A stretch of DNA of 64,000 nucleotides, taken from NCBI RefSeq assembly GCF_009914755.1, contig NC_060936.1, one strand, 5' to 3'. Shown here piece after piece: positions 57,942 through 64,000 of this stretch. The stretch is from the human T2T-CHM13v2.0 reference genome, Homo sapiens. Each line of letters starts with the position of its first letter. Within the stretch, counting starts at the first letter, position 1. Under the pieces are notes generated by a model that was not told the origin of the DNA, did no database searches, and saw nothing but the letters and a program-made list of their open reading frames with translations. The position numbers and the translations under genes were made by a program.

Positions 57942-60583
57942 GTGAGTAGTAGTGACTTTTCCATAGTATTTGGAAATAAGGGACTTATGGAGAGATTTGT
58001 TTTTAGCAAAAACAAAAGCAAACCTTGCACACCAAACAGTTCTTAAGCTCTTGTTCATTTCAGACTGAGACACATTTAATATAAATAAAGTGAGATTGTA
58101 GGAAGGTGAAAGTCTTCCTCACCAATTTCAGGATCGTTTACATTTTTCATACAAAATCATTACAGGTGACACCCCAGCCCCAATCTTGGTAAACATTCTT
58201 TTGTGACATTGTTATTCATCGCTTGATACCCACTGAGGGGCAGAAAGGTGATGCTTAGTAAAAGACTTAAGATAGTTAATGAAACTTTGTAACCTTTGGG
58301 AAAATTTTTTTCTTTGTTTTGGAAACTCCTTTAGTTTTAAAAATTCTGGCTTTAAGAATTTTTTTTTTTTAATGAAACTTCTTGTTTGGAACAGTGTCAT
58401 TGAATAGGTTTTTCAGTAGAATATTCCTACATGGCATAACATGTTGGTGGCTTAGGTGACCAGGATTGTTTTGATAATTACTTTTTGTTGAATTTCCAGT
58501 GACTTAAATTAGTAATTTAAATTAGATAATTTAAATTATTATATCTTTAGGAAAATGGGGATACTATGAAATGGGATACTATAATCTGGATTTTCTTTCA
58601 TTCTCCCTCTTCTTCTTTGACTGCTTATTCGGCAAAGTTTAATTTCTTATTCAGTTGGTATGTGATACAGTCTAGATGATATATTTTGTGATTTAGCGTT
58701 TTTTTTTTTGCCTCTAGTTTTTCTTCTAGGAATACTTTCATACTGTAATTTATCATGATGCTGTGTTTTATTTTTAAAGTGCTTATCTTAGAGGATCCTA
58801 AGTTAGTTGGTGTTATTAAAAACTAAAATGATATTCTTTGTATTTATTGCTTTTTAATAGTGATAGTACAGGCCTTTTTTTGTAAGGTGGCTTCTGCATA
58901 ATTTGAGTTTTGCATTTATTATTGCTTCAGATGCACTCAGTTATTGTGTATTACGTTCAGCATTCTGAAATAGGAAATGCAGTAATCGCACAGGTGTACT
59001 TTCTATTGGCTATCTTAGATTGACTTCAGGCTTGAAGCTGGAGTTCGCAGAACTTTGTGGAGTAGTTATTGAGTTACACAGGAAGTCTAGAAAATATTAA
59101 ATATGGTTGTCATCTATTGTGTGTGTGTGATGGCATTTGTGTCAGAGTACATTTTAAATTAAAGGGCTAAATCAAAAAGCAAAATTAACCTCCAAAACCG
59201 TTGAGTTAGTAGTGGGGTGAGAAACAAGAGAGTTTTATATTCATCGTGACATTCATTTGCTCATTTCTATTTATGATATTGAGAGGAACATGTTAATACA
59301 TATTCTGGTTTTATGTTTTTATCAGTTTAAAGCATTTGAATTTTGGACTGTTTGAAATACATATTTTTGAAGTTTTGCTTCATATTTGTTAGATTGATTG
59401 ACTTAAGTTTTATAACCAGAAAGTACTATAGAATATACATGATTCATGAGATGTATATTTTTCTGAAGAGTTTACATTCATACTAATAGTTTTAGCATAA
59501 TCAAATTAATATCTAGGCTTCCAATTTTTTTTAACAAAAGTTAATTATAAATATTGTTTTTCCAGTTGTCATTTTTATCTTGGGAGGATATCATTAATTA
59601 TAGGTACTGTTTTTAACTATATAGTTTCAACATTGTAAGTATTTACATGGTCTTCAGATCAAATTGGGCTTTTTGCTCTTATTAGAAGCTGCTTTTTGAA
59701 CTATGTCCTTAGTTAAACTTGTTTTTCCTCCATATGTCACTCTCTAGGTTTGTTTTTGCAGGGTTGTAGCTAGGCTACTAGGAAAAAAGTTGAAGCATTT
59801 GTTTTGGAAAATAAAACCATGTGAAGATTTGCATGGCTTGTAAAGAAATACAAAAGAAATATGCTGGTCAAAACTTAGGTACTACCAACCTTGAAAGAAT
59901 TTTTTCCTGGTGGTCTAATATTGCACAGTAAGAGGATATATATGATGCTAGCTTTTACACCTTCCTCTGAAAAATCTTAATTGGCAGACAAGATGCCAAG
60001 TAACAGCAATTCTATTACCTACCCATAAGATTGGCTCTTCATAGTAAGAAATAGTAATCGAGTGACTTGATAAGTTACCTCTTTGCTACGTCAGATTGAA
60101 TATCATCATTACTGATGAGCAGATAATGCAGTGTGTTTTTTAAATTACAAGTGGAATAATTTTTTAATATGAACTGCTTTTTCATTTGACCTATTGTAAG
60201 ACTGTCATTATATGTGTTATTCCTCCTTTACAAGTTTAATATTTGCTCACATTCCCCTGTAAGTTTGCTATTAATTGGATGGATGGCTGTTAGCCTAGTG
60301 TTTTATGATATATCTTCATAATATTACAGATAATTTAAATTAGGAAGAGCAAGCTAGTATGCTGGCCATGTATATTTTAATAGTGTTTTGTTATTTTTGA
60401 TACAAATATTGACAGTCATTAAATATAGACTTGAGTATTAATGGTCTGCCAGACATTAACTTAATTTTCTCAAATATACATTTATTCAGTTATAGCTTGT
60501 CTACAAAAATTTCTTAGAGTCTAAAATTGAAAATGCAATTGATTATTTTAACATTGGCATTTAATTTTTACAAATATAAGTGC

Positions 60584-60664
60584 CTGCCTGTATCAAAGTT
60601 TCTCACCTACTCCAGAAATATATACACGTACTGTGTACCCACAAAAATTAAAAATTAAAAAAAA
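60584..60664 (+). mobile_element. Very short L1MA 3'-end insertion
   Basis: tgcctgtatcaaag...aaatatatacacgtactgtgtacccacaaaaattaaaaattaaaaaaaa; degenerate TSD (aagtgc on both sides). Confidence 0.7.
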
Positions 60665-60700
60665 GTAAAGTGCTTACAGATAATGTGTAAAAGCAGTCTA

Positions 60701-61039
<339 letters not shown>

Positions 61040-62043
61040 CTAATCATCTGTGATGTTTATGCACTTTATTTTCATGTAGTTCCTTTTCTTGGCATGTACA
61101 TCTCAATGTGTTCCACCAATGTTTATTATTAGGATATTCCTATAGTATGAAAGGATAAGGTATAGTTTCCCACATTTTGTAGATGGAGATATTAAAGTGC
61201 AAAAAAAAAAAAAATTAAATGGCTTAGGGAACATTTCATTAATTGGACCAAAATGTTGTGTTCATGACGTGTTCAATAATATTTGGAAATTACTTATGGT
61301 TAAATTTATGCCCAAGTATCTCTTTGCCTAATGTGTTCCATATTTACTTGGTGGATTTTAATTTTTTGTTCTGTTTTGTTGTTGAAATTGGGGGACAGTT
61401 TGCTGGTCTTATCTGGGTTAAGAATTTGAAGTTTTGGTATGAAGATTTAGGTAAATATTTCAAATATTTTAAAATTTTGTTTTTGCTTACTGATGCCAAT
61501 ATTACAGCTATAGTCAAGGTTAACTTGATGTTTCCTTTATAAAACTTGATTTTTTTGGAAAGGGGGTGAAATATCTTGGACATTAAAAATTTATTGTACA
61601 AAACTATATGTTACTAGTTTTCTGGCACTGAAATATTCATTTCTATTTATATGTACCTACCTTTAGAATAGTCAGAAACTTAATTGTAGAGTTATGTTTA
61701 CCATAGTACATTTTCAATCGCATTGTGAATTTATTCTATTTTTTTTTTCTTGGTGGGTAAAGCTCTTTCTTAAATTACACCATTTGAGGGAGTTTACATT
61801 TGTTAGTTAAATTGAATGAATACACTCATGTGTTCTCTAGTTAGTGTCCACCATATAGATCAATTCTTTTAAGAGAAAGCCTTAGGTATATAAGCACTGA
61901 GTTTGTAAATTGCTAAACGGAACTGAATAAACTGATTGCCCTTCTTATTCAAGGAAGGAAAATAAAAGTATATGGAGATTGGAAGACAAATATATCAATA
62001 AGTTATTCATGCATGTATTTCAAATTTAACTTTATAAACTGTA

Positions 62044-62045
<2 letters not shown>

Positions 62046-62092
<47 letters not shown>

Positions 62093-62247
62093 CAGGGGTC
62101 TTGCTTTGTTGCCCATGCTTGTCTTGAATGCCTGGCTTCAAGGTATCCTCCCGCCTCAGCCTTCCAAAGTGCTGGGATACAAAAGTGAGCCACTGTGCCT
62201 CAGCCTTCCAAAGTGCTCGGATACAAAAGTGAGCCACTGAGCCTGGC
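62046..62247 (-). mobile_element. Antisense Alu left monomer with (TG)~21 tail and internal 44-bp duplication
   Basis: TG run followed by gtagacaggggtcttgct...; duplicated gcctcagccttccaaagtgct...ccactg. Confidence 0.85.
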
Positions 62248-62703
62248 AGTGTATCCATTTTAAAAAACAAAAAACCTGATTTTGATATTTTCTGATATTC
62301 TGTTACGTTTTTAAAGGACATGCAGACTTGTTGAAAGGAAGAGCAGAAAGTGGAGAAAGTTGAAAGACTTATCAAAGCTCAGCTAGGTTAGTGTTATGTC
62401 TTAGAATCCATGTTTTTAGAGCTTAAATTGCCCAAAGTAGAAATAAATTGAGTTCTTTCTAAGACAGATAGTTTTCACTGAGGTTACAAATTTTCCTGAG
62501 GATACAAAATGAGAACATTATAATTCCCAAAAATGTTTATATGCTTTTTTTTTGCAGTTAAATTTTCTACCTTAGCTGTTAACTAAAAATGTCCCTGAAT
62601 AGAAGCACTCTTTCATAATCCTATCTCTGCTTTGTTGTGGATTCAGTATTTTCATAGTTGATCGTGTGAAATCTATAACGTCTTTGATAGACAAGTATAT
62701 TGT

Positions 62704-63028
<325 letters not shown>

Positions 63029-63572
63029 TCAAACTGAATGAAATTAGAAGTTGGAAAGGAAGGAAAAACACAGTTTTAACTGCATTTCATTAGTCAGTGA
63101 GCAGGTACTTAATATATATTTTTAGGTAAAGTATTTAAAAGTTTTAATTATATTGTGAAGGTGCTTATTGGGTGTTTTCCAGACCTACTAAAGTTTAATG
63201 ATAAAAATGGATTTTGTCTGAATTGGGAAGGACATAGAGGATAAATGGAGCAGACGGATGGGGTTGAGGGGATTCTCCTTTTGCTGCTTTGATCACCACA
63301 GTCTTTGGTATTCAGGGCCAACTAGAGTTTGTACTCTAGAAACACTAGTTTTCCAGAAATGTTAATATATTTCCATGAAAAGAAGACGAAATGAACTTGA
63401 GCAAAAGGCTAAACTTGGGTTACTTTATTGCAGGACTTCTTAGAGACTTTATTTTGCTAATGTGTATTGTGGATCTCTAGACATTTTGGGGAAACATTAC
63501 TACTTCTCTTCCCTTCCCCATAGTAAATAGTGTTTCACCAGTGTTTCACCCCACAGTAAATAGTGTAACACC

Positions 63573-63608
63573 ATCGCCAAAACTGCAATTACTTGTGCAC
63601 CAACCTAA
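63573..63608 (+). mobile_element. Half MADE1 (Hsmar1 terminal inverted repeat)
   Basis: ccaaaactgcaattacttgtgcaccaacctaa matches the Hsmar1/MADE1 end. Confidence 0.75.
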
Positions 63609-64000
63609 GAGATGCACAACTATACATTTTCTACTGTTTAAACTATAATGTGATAAAAGAAATAACAAACTTTTTTCTGTTTTAAAACATAAATTTCACT
63701 TGTGCTTGGATACTTTCTGTGTATTCATTATGTTGTGAATTGATAATTCATTTGACTAAATACATTGCAATAAACTATTGCTGGAATGGAAGTCTCTTAG
63801 TGATGTCCAGGAATAGCTATCACATTCTGAATTGTTGACCAAAAATGATAGACCCATATTCCATGAATATCTAAGTCAGCGTTTACAGGGCTTCACTCCC
63901 ATCTTACTGCCATAGAAATTTTTGGTGGAGCCCCAGGGAGAATGTGCTGGTTTTGATGTTTTGGCTGCTGCCTTCCCTCTCCCCCCGCCCTTTTTTTCCC

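Overview
Human (primate) genomic DNA, recognisable as the 5' end and upstream intergenic region of ARID2 (BAF200, PBAF complex; 12q12 from prior knowledge). The only protein-coding gene I can support is ARID2: coding exons 1-3 on the + strand (56465-56556, 56672-56765, 57844-57941), with canonical GT/AG junctions and continuous frame, in a CpG island. Just upstream of the ATG are a (GCC)12 tract and two uORFs. A second CpG island ~2.3 kb upstream fits a divergent minus-strand lncRNA (LINC00938, by recalled position) and has a 63-codon ORF whose ATG lies in a YY1 motif. The first ~51 kb is mostly layered transposable-element fossils: L2, MIR, L1M, many Alus, MaLR and ERV1 solo LTRs, Tigger/MER2 elements, a decayed hAT-Charlie transposase and a ~5 kb ERVL-class internal region whose reverse-transcriptase core is deleted in frame. 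The most unusual smaller items are a ~57-nt double-hairpin retroposed RNA with an A-tail and TSD (36.9 kb) and several templated-insertion or inverted-repeat scars. I found no convincing new multi-gene system. Repeat subfamily names come from memory of consensus sequences, not from a search; repeat boundaries are approximate unless a TSD is cited.
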